From an uncultured delta proteobacterium (GTDB lineage: Bacteria > Desulfobacterota > Binatia > UBA9968), in contig CAWJBB010000021.1 in assembly GCA_963840855.1 (NCBI GenBank), positions 132,602 to 196,601 of the forward strand: DNA of 64,000 bases, in the 5' to 3' direction. Below, one piece after another: positions 1 through 9,294 of the stretch; position 1 is the first letter of the stretch; each line of letters starts with the position of its first letter. The notes below the pieces were generated by a model. That model was given only the letters and a program-made list of their open reading frames with translations. It made no database searches and was not told where the DNA came from. The position numbers and the translations under genes are program-made.

Positions 1-26
1 CTTTGAACTTTGGTTGCAGTTGCGTT

Positions 27-785
27 CTAGAGCGCCGCCCCGGCTTCGCTCTTAAGCCAATCGTAGCCTTTCTTTTCGAGCTCCAAGGCCAACTCTTTAA
101 CGCCGGATTTTACGATGCGTCCTTCATAAAGGACATGGATAAAATCGGGAATAATATAATCCAGCAGGCGCTGGTAGTGCGTAATGACGAGCATCGCCCG
201 GTCCTTGGCCCGCAGCGCGTTGACGCCGCCCGCCACCACGCGCAGGGCATCGATATCCAGACCTGAGTCGGTTTCGTCGAGGATAGCAAGCTTGGGGTCC
301 AACACCGCCATCTGTAAAATTTCGTTGCGTTTCTTTTCGCCGCCGGAGAAACCTTCGTTGAGGGGCCGGTTGAGCAAAGCCTGTTCCATCTCGACTAGCT
401 TCAGCCTGTCCTTGATCAAAGACAGGAACTCCATTGCGTCGAGCTCCTCGAGCCCCCGATGCTTGCGCACCGCGTTGAGCGCCGCCTTGAGAAAAAAAGT
501 GGTGCTGATTCCCGGAATTTCCACCGGATATTGAAAGGCCAGAAAAATTCCCTCACGGGCTCGCTCTTCAGGGCTCATGGTCAATAGATTTCTGCCCTGA
601 TACAAAACCTCGCCGTCCGTTACTTCGTAGTTTTCCCGCCCCGCAAGCACATGGGCGAGGGTGCTTTTGCCCGACCCGTTGGGTCCCATGATCGCGTGCA
701 CTTCACCGGCGCCAACGGACAGATTGATACCGCGCAAAATCTCTCTGTCGCCGACTTTAACGTGCAATTTTCTTATTTCCAACAT
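27..785 (-). CDS. sufC: Fe-S cluster assembly ATPase SufC
   Basis: GPNGSGKST Walker [26 protein letters not shown] and [13 protein letters not shown] motifs. ATG at 785 follows a GGAGAGG RBS (ORF track starts at 803). Confidence 0.97.
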   Translation of the reverse strand: MLEIRKLHVKVGDREILRGINLSVGAGEVHAIMGPNGSGKSTLAHVLAGRENYEVTDGEVLYQGRNLLTMSPEERAREGIFLAFQYPVEIPGISTTFFLKAALNAVRKHRGLEELDAMEFLSLIKDRLKLVEMEQALLNRPLNEGFSGGEKKRNEILQMAVLDPKLAILDETDSGLDIDALRVVAGGVNALRAKDRAMLVITHYQRLLDYIIPDFIHVLYEGRIVKSGVKELALELEKKGYDWLKSEAGAAL

Positions 786-803
786 CGATGACGACCTCTC
801 CAA

Positions 804-1295
804 TTAGACCGCTTTCCGCATGGGCACTTTAATGAGCCGCCCCCTGAGCCCCTGGCGATCGGCGATGTCGCTGATAAATACGCCCCCGAGAAAATTGGCC
901 AGTACCGCCTGCGCCTCTTCCCAAACCGATTTTTGCGAACAAACCGAACAGAAAGAACAGTAACTGGCGCCTTGTTCAAGACATTCCATCAACACCAACG
1001 GCCGCTCGACGCATTCATAGACATCCTTAATGCTGATCGCCGGCGGCGGCTTGGCGAGAGTGAAACCGCCTTTTGAGCCCACGTGGGACTCCACCAAACC
1101 ACCTGCCACCAAATCTTTCATGATTTTGGAAAGATAAAATGACGGGATGCCTTGGCTATGCTCGATGTCCGAACGGCTTACGACTTTGCCAGCGGGCTGG
1201 CCGGCGATATATGATAAAGCGCGCACGGCGTAATCGACCCGCCGCCCGACATTCATCAGCGAGCTTCTTTCAGATCTCACCTTGCCGCGCTTCAT
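804..1295 (-). CDS. Rrf2-family transcriptional regulator (IscR/SufR-like, Cys-containing)
   Basis: DYAVRAL..., YLSKIMKDL, GSKGGFTLAKPP..ISIKDV and a Cys cluster CLEQGASYCSFCSVC. Directly upstream of sufC. Start could be 1256. Confidence 0.9.
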   Translation of the reverse strand: MKRGKVRSERSSLMNVGRRVDYAVRALSYIAGQPAGKVVSRSDIEHSQGIPSFYLSKIMKDLVAGGLVESHVGSKGGFTLAKPPPAISIKDVYECVERPLVLMECLEQGASYCSFCSVCSQKSVWEEAQAVLANFLGGVFISDIADRQGLRGRLIKVPMRKAV

Positions 1296-1313
1296 AAGCT
1301 CTTTCTGAATTTA

Positions 1314-1343
1314 AATATAGACTCTTAAGGTCTTTATTGTCAA
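1314..1343 (-). promoter_or_regulatory. sigma70 promoter of rrf2-sufC with an overlapping palindromic operator
   Basis: Minus strand TTGACA (1343-1338), 18 nt, TATATT (1319-1314). The palindrome ATATAGAC-N7-GTCTTTAT (1315-1337) covers the spacer and -10. Confidence 0.7.
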
Positions 1344-1523
1344 GATAGCGGGTCGCAACGAGCCGCAGGGCGACTTCAGATTCAGGAAGTAAAAACAGGC
1401 CCGCACTTTCCCGGATTTTGCCTCTGTCCCGCTACAGACAGAGGCCAGCTGGGATAAGAAGAAAACTCCAGGGCATGAATGCTACAGCCAAGCCATTTAA
1501 GAATCTAACCATAGTGAGCTGCC

Positions 1524-1552
1524 TTGACTTGGTCGCTGTCGGGCATTACCCT
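1524..1552 (+). promoter_or_regulatory. Putative sigma70 promoter of the A-type carrier gene
   Basis: TTGACT-17 nt-TACCCT upstream of ATG 1585. Confidence 0.45.
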
Positions 1553-1584
1553 TATCGTGAGGAGCGCAGTTCACGGAGTCAAAA

Positions 1585-1956
1585 ATGAGCGATCTACTAA
1601 ATCAAATCGGCCAGCAGGATTCGGAGCACTTGGACTTGACGCTCACGGACGGCGCCGTGCAGCAAATAAAGCGCCTGCTGGCGCGGGATAAGCGCTCCGG
1701 GCATGGTCTGCGGGTTTCGATCAGTGACGGCGGTTGTTCGGGCTACTCGTACAAACTGGACTTCGAAAAGGAAGAGCAATCCGGCGATACGGTTTTACAG
1801 TTCGACGATCTCAAGGTCTTCGTCGACGCGCAGAGCGCCAGCTATCTCAAAGGCACAGTGATTGACTTTACCTCTGGCCTTTACGGCGGCGGCTTTAAAT
1901 TTTCCAATCCAAACGCCACCGGCACCTGCGGCTGCGGCACCTCTTTTTCCGCTTAG
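1585..1956 (+). CDS. A-type Fe-S cluster carrier (IscA/ErpA/HesB family)
   Basis: GGCSGYSY and FKFSNPNATGTCGCGTSF motifs. Confidence 0.95.
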   Translation: MSDLLNQIGQQDSEHLDLTLTDGAVQQIKRLLARDKRSGHGLRVSISDGGCSGYSYKLDFEKEEQSGDTVLQFDDLKVFVDAQSASYLKGTVIDFTSGLYGGGFKFSNPNATGTCGCGTSFSA

Positions 1957-2086
1957 TTTCGCTTTTCTATTTCGAACTTGCTCATCCCACGCTCCCCGCC
2001 CCACGTGCGGGCAGCTGGTTGTTCCCGGCCCCTTTGACACATTCCCGTTATCTTGCTAACGAAATCAGGAATAATCTCAGGAGAAT

Positions 2087-3127
2087 TTGTTGAAAGCAGT
2101 ACGGATTCACGAACACGGCGGCGTCGAAAAGCTCCTCTATGAAGAGGCGCCGGAGCCGACCCTTGCGGACCCAAACGACGCCATCGTCAAGCTCAAAGCC
2201 GCCTCTTTAAACCATATCGATATTTGGGTTCGCCGCGGCCTCACCGGCATCGAAATTGCGCTCCCACATATACTAGGTGGTGACGGCGCCGGCGTCATTG
2301 CGGAAGTGGGCGATCGGGTTCGAAACATCAAGACCGGCGATGCGGTCTGTCTCTATCCGCCGAGCGGTTGCGGCCGTTGCGAGTTTTGCATCACCGACCG
2401 CGAATACATGTGCGTTCAGCTGCGCGTGTTGGGAGAACGCGAGAATGGGACCTACGCGGAATATGCTCGTGTCCCAGCGCGCAATTGCTTTCCAATCCCC
2501 CCCCACCTTTCATTCGAACAAGCGGCGGCCTTCCCGCTCGTATATATTACGGTCTGGCGCATGCTGGTAACCAATGCACAACTCAAACCAGGCGAGCACG
2601 TATTAATATTGGGCATCGGCGGCGGTGTCGCCACCGCCGCTTTGCAGTTGGCGGCCTATATCGGCACACATATAATCGTTACTTCGAGCAGCGATGAGAA
2701 GCTGGAGAAAGCCAAGACGCTGGGCTCCGAGCACGGCATCAACTACAAAAACGCCGATTTCGCCAAAGAAGTGAGGCGGCTCACCGGAAAACGGGGCGTC
2801 GACGTCGTCGTCGATTGCGTGGGCGGCGATGGCTGGATCAAGAGTTTGGCGTCGCTGGCCAAAGGCGGAAGATTAGTCACCTGCGGCGCCACCGCCGGGG
2901 CCAATCCGCCCACCGACATGCGGCGGATCTTTTGGAACAATCTCAAAATTTTTGGCTCGACTTTGGGGGACCGCGCTGAGTTCCAGGAAGTGCTAAACTT
3001 CATGGAAGCGTCGCGCACCAAACCGGTCGTTGATCAGGTTTTTCCCTTGCGCGATGCGGCCGCGGCGCAAAAACGCCTCGAAGAGGGCAAGCAGTTCGGG
3101 AAAATCCTGCTGCGCATGGACGCATGA
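2087..3127 (+). CDS. Zn-binding MDR-family dehydrogenase/quinone oxidoreductase
   Basis: AASLNHID, CGRCEFC...C structural Zn site, GIGGGVA Rossmann motif, QFGKILL C-terminus. Confidence 0.9.
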   Translation: MLKAVRIHEHGGVEKLLYEEAPEPTLADPNDAIVKLKAASLNHIDIWVRRGLTGIEIALPHILGGDGAGVIAEVGDRVRNIKTGDAVCLYPPSGCGRCEFCITDREYMCVQLRVLGERENGTYAEYARVPARNCFPIPPHLSFEQAAAFPLVYITVWRMLVTNAQLKPGEHVLILGIGGGVATAALQLAAYIGTHIIVTSSSDEKLEKAKTLGSEHGINYKNADFAKEVRRLTGKRGVDVVVDCVGGDGWIKSLASLAKGGRLVTCGATAGANPPTDMRRIFWNNLKIFGSTLGDRAEFQEVLNFMEASRTKPVVDQVFPLRDAAAAQKRLEEGKQFGKILLRMDA

Positions 3128-3180
3128 AGAAAGATTTAAACATACCGCGTGGCCGCGGCGCCGCTCATTCTTAACGCGAC

Positions 3181-3774
3181 ATGCGCGTCATCGGAGGAAA
3201 CGCTAAGGGCCGCCGGCTCAAAGTTCCCAAAGGCCGGGCGCTTCGTCCCACGGCCGCGAGAGTCAAGGAAGCGCTCTTTAACATCCTGCCCCGCGATCTT
3301 TCGGGGCTGAGGTTATTGGAACTGTTCGCTGGAACCGGCAACGTGACCATCGAGGCGCTGAGCCGCGGCGCCGAAGAAGCCGTGCTGGTCGATGCTTCTA
3401 AGGAATCAGGCCGAGCCATTCGCGAGAACCTGCGCCGGCTCGGGCTGACGGATCGAGTCCGTCTCCGGAGCATGCCGGTGGAGCGCGCGTTGCGGCAGTT
3501 GGAGCGGCAACACGAAGGATTCGACCTCATTTTCGCCGACCCGCCCTACGGGCAGAGGTTGGTTGAGCGCACCTTGAAGATTATCGCGCAGGGCTCGATC
3601 CTGCGTAACTCCGGCGTTATCGTCGCCGAACACGGTGTGCGCGACGAAGTCGCGGCGCGCTATGGCAGGCTGGAATTGCGCGACCGGCGGCGCTATGGCG
3701 ACACAATACTGTCATTTTTCAACTGGCATAGTAACGAAAGTACCGACGCAAGGAAATCAGCTGATGGCACGTGA
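3181..3774 (+). CDS. rsmD: 16S rRNA m2G966 methyltransferase RsmD
   Basis: MRVIGG..KGRRL, RPT..RVKEALFN, LFAGTG and DPPY motifs; adjacent to coaD. Confidence 0.95.
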   Translation: MRVIGGNAKGRRLKVPKGRALRPTAARVKEALFNILPRDLSGLRLLELFAGTGNVTIEALSRGAEEAVLVDASKESGRAIRENLRRLGLTDRVRLRSMPVERALRQLERQHEGFDLIFADPPYGQRLVERTLKIIAQGSILRNSGVIVAEHGVRDEVAARYGRLELRDRRRYGDTILSFFNWHSNESTDARKSADGT

Positions 3775-4258
3775 TAACATCGCGATTTATCCCGGCTCCT
3801 TCGACCCCATGACCAATGGACATGTGGACTTGGTCAAACGAACCCTGCGTGTATTCGATAGGGTCATCATCGCCATCGCCATCAATCCCGAGAAAGACCG
3901 CTCCTTGTTTACCTTGGACGAGCGGCTCCAGATGGTCCGCGAAGTCTTCAAGGGAACAAAAGGACGAGTCCAGGCGGATTTTTTTCAGGGTTTGCTGGTG
4001 GATTACGCCGAGCGCAAGCGTGCCAAAGTCGTCATCCGCGGCCTGCGGGCGATTTCTGATTTTGAATACGAATTTCAAATGGCGATGATGAACCACCGGC
4101 TCAAACCGAAGCTTGAAACTTTATTTATGATGACCGGAGAGTCGGAGTTCTATATCAGCTCGCGCTTAGTGAAAGAAGTCGCGAGCCTAGGCGGCGACGT
4201 GACCGCGCTCGTGCCGCCCAACGTTTTCAAAAAGCTCGAAGCCAAGTTTGCCAAATAA
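3764..4258 (+). CDS. coaD: Phosphopantetheine adenylyltransferase
   Basis: YPGSFDPMTNGH, RGLRAISDFEYE and ISSRLVKEVA motifs; ATG 3764 overlaps the rsmD end. Confidence 0.97.
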   Translation: MARDNIAIYPGSFDPMTNGHVDLVKRTLRVFDRVIIAIAINPEKDRSLFTLDERLQMVREVFKGTKGRVQADFFQGLLVDYAERKRAKVVIRGLRAISDFEYEFQMAMMNHRLKPKLETLFMMTGESEFYISSRLVKEVASLGGDVTALVPPNVFKKLEAKFAK

Positions 4259-4267
4259 GGATGAACC

Positions 4268-5464
4268 ATGGCCAAACTCGCTCAACGAACCCGAGGGATT
4301 AAACCATCAGTCACCCTGGCCATCGCCGCCAAAGCCGGCAAACTCCGCGCCGAGGGCGTCGATGTTGCTAACTTTTCCGCCGGCGAGCCGGACTTCGACA
4401 CGCCAGAGCATATCAAAGCCGCCGCCATCGCGGGGCTGCGCCAAGGCATGACCAAGTACACCGATGTCAGAGGCATCGAGCCGCTGCGCGAGGCAGTGGT
4501 GCAAAAGTACCAGCGCGAATTCGGACTGAGTTACCGCAAGGAAGATGTCTTGGTGAGCTGCGGCGCGAAACATTCGCTGTATAACATCCTGCAAGCGGTC
4601 ATCGACCCTGGAGACGAAGTCGTCATTCCCGCGCCCTATTGGGTTAGCTACTCCGACATGGCGCTGCTCGCGGGCGGAGTATCGAAGATCATCGTGACCA
4701 GCGAGACCACAGAGTTTCACATCACCGCCGATCAACTTGCCGCGACACTCACGCCGCGCACCCGGGTCTTTATCTTGAATAGCCCCTGCAATCCCACGGG
4801 CGCGACCTACGAGCGCGACGCATTGCTCGCCATCGGCCGGGTGTTGGAGAATCATGACTGTCTGATCATTGCCGACGATATTTACGAGAAAATAATTTAC
4901 GACGGCTTCCAGTTCCACAACCTCGTCGCCCTCTGCCCCGCGCTGCGCGAGCGCACAATTATTGTCAATGGAGTGTCGAAGAGCTACGCAATGACCGGCT
5001 GGCGCATCGGTTATGCCCTCGGCCCCGCCGATGTAATTGGCGCGGCCACGAAGATTCAAAGCCAGAGCACCTCCAATCCGACCTCCATCGCGCAAGCAGC
5101 CGCGCTGGAAGCGATCCGGGGGAAACAAGACGAGGTCGCGATAATGGTCCGCGAGTTTCACAAGCGGCGCGATGCCATCGTCGAACGCCTAAACCAAATC
5201 GACGGCATCCGTTGTCTCAAGCCCCAGGGGGCGTTTTACGTTTTTCCCAACGTCAGCGGCCTATTTGGCAAAAAGACCCGCGAGAAGACGCTGCGGGCGC
5301 CGTGCGACATCGCCGAATTTCTGCTTGAAGCGGCCAGAGTTGCCGTCGTCCCGGGCGAAGATTTTGGTTCGCAGGAGCACGTCCGTTTTTCCTACGCGAC
5401 TTCTCTCGACGAAATTGAAAAAGGTTGCCAGCGGATCCGCGAAGCTGTGGCGGGACTCACCTGA
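4268..5464 (+). CDS. aspC: Aspartate aminotransferase (PLP class I)
   Basis: GEPDFDTP, NSPCNPTG, SKSYAMTGWRIGY (PLP Lys) and PQGAFY motifs. Confidence 0.88.
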   Translation: MAKLAQRTRGIKPSVTLAIAAKAGKLRAEGVDVANFSAGEPDFDTPEHIKAAAIAGLRQGMTKYTDVRGIEPLREAVVQKYQREFGLSYRKEDVLVSCGAKHSLYNILQAVIDPGDEVVIPAPYWVSYSDMALLAGGVSKIIVTSETTEFHITADQLAATLTPRTRVFILNSPCNPTGATYERDALLAIGRVLENHDCLIIADDIYEKIIYDGFQFHNLVALCPALRERTIIVNGVSKSYAMTGWRIGYALGPADVIGAATKIQSQSTSNPTSIAQAAALEAIRGKQDEVAIMVREFHKRRDAIVERLNQIDGIRCLKPQGAFYVFPNVSGLFGKKTREKTLRAPCDIAEFLLEAARVAVVPGEDFGSQEHVRFSYATSLDEIEKGCQRIREAVAGLT

Positions 5465-5537
5465 TGTGGCTGATTCCGCGGTTGGTTCCATGCGGAACTC
5501 TTCCGGAACGAAGTCGCTGGAGGGTATCTCAGGAAGA

Positions 5538-5909
5538 GTTCAAACCGTTCAAGTCCTTCAAATCGTTCAATCCCCTCTTCATCTTTCCCGCGTCTGCACG
5601 GCGAAGGGCTCCGCAAAGCGGTTTGAACCCGGATTCCGCAGTTGGGTTCTATATAGGAGGGCAATGTGGAATCCTTCCGTCGCAAAGTCGATGCGTTAGT
5701 GCTTCTACGCAGGCAGCGTGCAGTGGTGCCGTGATGGCCAGTTCAGCCTTATCGTAACGAATGCCGAAGTGAAAAATGTTCCTGACATTTCAGTGTCCGA
5801 CGCCTTCGCTCCTCCAGGATTCCACACTGCCCTCGTGAGTTCGTCGGTTCAACTGCGGAATCCGGGTTGAACCGGAGCGGAGCGATCGAACGGCTTGAAC
5901 GGTTTGAAC
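5538..5909. repeat. Inverted pair of ~9-nt tandem arrays, interrupted by the MITE
   Basis: GTTCAAACC GTTCAAGTC CTTCAAATC GTTCAA (5538-5570) faces GATCGAAC GGCTTGAAC GGTTTGAAC (5884-5909). Confidence 0.8.
5628..5866. mobile_element. 239-bp non-autonomous MITE with IS1380-like ends
   Basis: Perfect 17-bp TIR CCCGGATTCCGCAGTTG (5628-5644 / 5850-5866). Second subterminal IR with 18/19 matches (5657-5675 / 5816-5834). 5-bp direct repeat TTGAA on both sides (5623-5627, 5867-5871). No transposase ORF. Confidence 0.82.
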
Positions 5910-5921
5910 AACCCTCTCAGT

Positions 5922-6347
5922 TCACGGCTTGGGTCGCTGGCCGGTTTTTTTATAGTGATAATACTCCCGCAGAATGCGCGCGTGGTCAAAGACCACCGGA
6001 CTGGGAGTTTCGTTCTCGCCAAACAACCGCGCGACTTTGGCGTCGTCGCCGCCCCGCGGAGTGCCATTCGCTCTTGCGATAAAAACAGTCGAAACCGTAT
6101 GGTGACGCGGGTCCCGGTTGGGGTCAGAGTAGGCGTGGAATTGTTCGATCAACTGGACATCGAGGCACGTCTCTTCCTTGGCTTCGCGAACCGCTGCGGA
6201 CTCCAAGCTCTCGCCATAATCGACAAAGCCACCCGGCAGCGCCCAACCCTGAGGCGGGTTTTTCCGTTCGATCAAGACGATGCCGCCTTCCCGAATTTCG
6301 ATGATGATATCCACTGTCGGCAAGGGATTTCGGTGAATCTCAGACAT
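5922..6347 (-). CDS. NUDIX hydrolase (ADP-ribose pyrophosphatase-like)
   Basis: Nudix box [22 protein letters not shown]; RDPRHHTVS; FDHARIL. Confidence 0.93.
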   Translation of the reverse strand: MSEIHRNPLPTVDIIIEIREGGIVLIERKNPPQGWALPGGFVDYGESLESAAVREAKEETCLDVQLIEQFHAYSDPNRDPRHHTVSTVFIARANGTPRGGDDAKVARLFGENETPSPVVFDHARILREYYHYKKTGQRPKP

Positions 6348-6361
6348 TGCAATTTCCTACC

Positions 6362-6390
6362 TTGACTCCCTGCCCAACGCAAGGTACAAA
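6362..6390 (+). promoter_or_regulatory. Putative sigma70 promoter of the tRNA
   Basis: TTGACT-17 nt-TACAAA, ending 18 nt before the tRNA 5' end. Confidence 0.5.
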
Positions 6391-6408
6391 GATCAATCCG
6401 ATCATTGC

Positions 6409-6485
6409 CGCGGGGTGGAGCAGTCTGGTAGCTCGCAAGGCTCATAACCTTGAGGTCCCGGGTTCAAATCCCGGCCCCGCAACCA
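6409..6485 (+). tRNA. tRNA-Met (CAT), initiator tRNA-fMet
   Basis: 77-nt cloverleaf CGCGGGG...CCCCGCAACCA with C1:A72 mismatch, anticodon loop CTCATAA, GGTTCAAATCC T-arm and encoded CCA. Confidence 0.97.
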
Positions 6486-6489
6486 AATC

Positions 6490-6519
6490 AAGGGGCCTAC
6501 ACGGCCCCTTTCTGTTTTT
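6490..6519 (+). terminator. Intrinsic terminator after the tRNA
   Basis: AAGGGGCC-TACAC-GGCCCCTT followed by TCTGTTTTT. Confidence 0.85.
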
Positions 6520-6616
6520 CTGTTCAGCTCTGTCGCGTCCCAGCCCCATGAAATATTTTCAGTTTCCACACGTCAATACAACGAGTCTCTTGGCTTGACT
6601 CAATGATTCTTATACT

Positions 6617-7330
6617 ATGGACGAATTCGCCACCATGAAAACGCCGTCATCGCCGCTTAAAAATATACCCGCCGCGGTTGCCGCGGGAGTCATGGTAGCC
6701 GTCCTCGCGGCGGATTTCACGATCATTTCCACGGCGGCAGCCTCGAGCCATTACACCGAAAAACAGCTGACCGTCCTTGCGGAGCGAGTCGGGAGAACTT
6801 TTTGGATACAAGAAGTCAATGGCCGCACGCCGAGTTTTTTAACCGCGCCCGATGCCGCCGCTGCTTCATTTCGCGCCCGGGCCGGCGATTCCTTTGAAAT
6901 CGTCGAGCTAGTGGGACGCAAGAACAAAAATCCGTACTACAAAGCCAGGTTCGAGTCCGGCAAGGAAGGCTATTTCCCCCCCGAAGTATTTTTTGAGGAA
7001 TTGAACCTTACCCTTGTGCTCGTTGACCCGCTGGCAAATGAAAAAAACAAAGCAGCGCATCAAGCCGAGAGCGAAAAGCAGCGGGTGGACTGGGTCAACG
7101 CCCAGCCCTGGCCGGCGGCGGCAAAAGCAGCGGCGCTCAAAGGCCAAGCCGTTCCCGGCATGACCTCCGGCGAAGTGAAGATGATCGCCGGCGCTCCGAG
7201 CCGAATAAACAAAGTCCAGGCGCGCGGCACAATTCCGGAAGAGCACTGGATTTATCCGGACGGCAAGCAACTGGTATTTCAAAATGACCTTTTGAGCCGG
7301 ATAATTTTAAAAGGCGCGAAAAACCCGTAA
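6617..7330 (+). CDS. Hypothetical exported protein with a C-terminal SmpA/BamE-like module
   Basis: Hydrophobic N-terminal signal-like stretch; C-terminal GMTSGEVKMIAGAP...EEHWIY...LVFQN pattern. Start may be 6635. Confidence 0.6.
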   Translation: MDEFATMKTPSSPLKNIPAAVAAGVMVAVLAADFTIISTAAASSHYTEKQLTVLAERVGRTFWIQEVNGRTPSFLTAPDAAAASFRARAGDSFEIVELVGRKNKNPYYKARFESGKEGYFPPEVFFEELNLTLVLVDPLANEKNKAAHQAESEKQRVDWVNAQPWPAAAKAAALKGQAVPGMTSGEVKMIAGAPSRINKVQARGTIPEEHWIYPDGKQLVFQNDLLSRIILKGAKNP

Positions 7331-7332
7331 AC

Positions 7333-7353
7333 TTTGAACGTTGAACCTCGAAC
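7333..7353. repeat. Heptamer tandem array (nTTGAAC x3)
   Basis: TTTGAAC GTTGAAC CTCGAAC between convergent genes. Confidence 0.7.
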
Positions 7354-7359
7354 AACGCG

Positions 7360-7866
7360 TCACGCTCGGTCGGGCCGCAGTTTTTTTAGTTTCTCCTGGC
7401 GCCGCCGTTCAGTTTTAGCAAGACGATTGCCGCCGCGTGACCGTGATAAAGCGCTTTCATATTCTTCGTCATCGTTACCAGGTTCGTCCAGATGGCGAAG
7501 AATTTCATTAAACTCATCGGCGTAGATCGCGGTTGCACCGAATTTTTCAGCGCCGTTTCGCACTTCGCGGTCCGAACTGACTACCACGCAGCCGCTTCCT
7601 CTTTGCCGGGCCACCCGCAAGACAACGCTGTCGGCCTTTTCGCCCTGCCGTGAGTAGATCACCATGACACCGTTTACTTTTTCGTTGACCTCGTTGAAGG
7701 CACCAGCTTTCCAGCCGTCGAAAACGACGCTGACGAAGAAGCCTTTGGCTTTCTGGTAGCGTGCGAGTTGTCGCACCAAGTCATTGCGCTTGCGCTCGAG
7801 CGCGCCCGGCAGACCTTGCCCGCTGGCGATGAGATTGTAGCCGTCGATAATGACATCCATGGGCAT
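7360..7866 (-). CDS. NYN/YacP-like PIN-fold ribonuclease
   Basis: IIDGYNLI, VVFDG, EKADSV and VVSSDREV motifs. Confidence 0.88.
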   Translation of the reverse strand: MPMDVIIDGYNLIASGQGLPGALERKRNDLVRQLARYQKAKGFFVSVVFDGWKAGAFNEVNEKVNGVMVIYSRQGEKADSVVLRVARQRGSGCVVVSSDREVRNGAEKFGATAIYADEFNEILRHLDEPGNDDEEYESALSRSRGGNRLAKTERRRQEKLKKLRPDRA

Positions 7867-8098
7867 GATGTTTCAGCAACGCCGAGAATTTCGCAAGCGG
7901 AAAGCAGTCATTCAGTGATAAATTTTTCAGCAAGAACCGGCGAATCACTCGCCACCAATAAAGTTTCGCTTTCTCATGAAGGCGCACATGCGGAAATTCA
8001 CGGGCAATTGTAAGACGACCGTCCATTTCTTTAACAGTTGTCAAAATCGCAAAAAACAGGTACAAACGGGACAATTTCTTGTTGGGGGTCGTGTCAAG

Positions 8099-9271
8099 TT
8101 GGGCATTGCCATAAGAAAAGCTAAAAGAATCAATGACTTGCCGCCGTATTTGTTTGCTGAAATAGACCGGCGCAAGCGCGCGGCACTGGCCCGGGGAGTC
8201 GATCTCATCGATCTAGGCATCGGTGATCCAGACATTCCGACTCCGTCAAACGTCGTCGAAAAACTGATTGAATGCAGCAGCAAGCCGGCTAATCACCGCT
8301 ACCCCAATAGCTCGGGAATGCCGGAGTTTCGTCAGGCCGTCGCCCACTGGTATCAACGCCGTTTCAACGTCCGCCTGGACGCCAGCACGGAAGTGGTTTC
8401 GCTCATAGGATCGAAGGAAGGCATCGGCAACATGGCGGTGGCATTCGTCGATCCCGGCGATGTCGTTCTCGTCGCCAGCCCCTGCTATCCGGTTTACCAT
8501 ATCGGCACCGCGTTCAACGGCGGCCAAAACTATTTTTTACCGCTCAAAAAAGAAAACCACTTTCTTCCCGATCTCGATTCCATACCGGCGGATATCGCCA
8601 AGCAGGCGAAGCTGCTCTGGATCAACTACCCTAACAATCCCACCGCGGCGGTGGCGGATAAAGATTTTTATCAACGAGTGATCGCCTTCGCCGATCGCCA
8701 CGGCGTCATCGTCTGCCACGACGGCGCCTATACGGAAATGGGTTACGACGGCTATCGCCCCATGAGTTTTCTCGAAGCGGACGGCGCCAGGGAAGTGGGC
8801 ATCGAGTTTCACTCCCTCTCCAAGACTTTCAATATGACGGGCTGGCGCGTCGGCATGGCGGTCGGTAACGCTGAGGTAATCGGCGGCTTGGCCCAGGCGA
8901 AATCGAATCTCGACTCGGGCATTTTCCAGGCCGTGCAGGAGGCCGGCATCGAGGCGCTCAATTGCGGCGATCAGATCGTCGAGCCATCCCGCAAAATCTA
9001 CCAGGAGCGGCGCGACATTCTGGTCGACGGCTTGCGCGCCGTGGGGCTCCAATGCGAGAAGCCTAAGGCGACGTTTTACGTTTGGGTCTCGGTCCCCAAA
9101 GGGCTTACCTCGGCAGAGTTCACCGCCAAATTGCTCGACGAAGCTGGTGTCGTAACAACCCCAGGCAACGGGTTCGGCGAGGCGGGCGAAGGCTATGTTC
9201 GCTTTACCGTATGCGTTGACAAAGAACGATTGAAGGAGGTCGCGGAGCGAATCCGGCAAGTAAAATTTTGA
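8099..9271 (+). CDS. dapL: LL-diaminopimelate aminotransferase
   Basis: LPPYLFAEID, LGIGDPD, LIGSKEGI, NYPNNPT and EFHSLSKTFNMTGWR motifs. Start uncertain (TTG 8099; track starts 7976). Confidence 0.88.
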   Translation: MGIAIRKAKRINDLPPYLFAEIDRRKRAALARGVDLIDLGIGDPDIPTPSNVVEKLIECSSKPANHRYPNSSGMPEFRQAVAHWYQRRFNVRLDASTEVVSLIGSKEGIGNMAVAFVDPGDVVLVASPCYPVYHIGTAFNGGQNYFLPLKKENHFLPDLDSIPADIAKQAKLLWINYPNNPTAAVADKDFYQRVIAFADRHGVIVCHDGAYTEMGYDGYRPMSFLEADGAREVGIEFHSLSKTFNMTGWRVGMAVGNAEVIGGLAQAKSNLDSGIFQAVQEAGIEALNCGDQIVEPSRKIYQERRDILVDGLRAVGLQCEKPKATFYVWVSVPKGLTSAEFTAKLLDEAGVVTTPGNGFGEAGEGYVRFTVCVDKERLKEVAERIRQVKF

Positions 9272-9294
9272 CGCCCCCTCCGCTAAACAGGGCT

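Noticed and set aside
5608-5883. Long hairpin with a central bubble read as 6S RNA or another ncRNA
   Set aside because: Exact 17-bp terminal repeats plus a 5-bp target duplication fit a MITE better. No 6S, SRP, RNase P or tmRNA motifs were recognised.
6460-7330. tRNA-Met as an island integration site
   Set aside because: No duplicated tRNA 3' end and no integrase seen in the window; an ordinary terminator follows the tRNA
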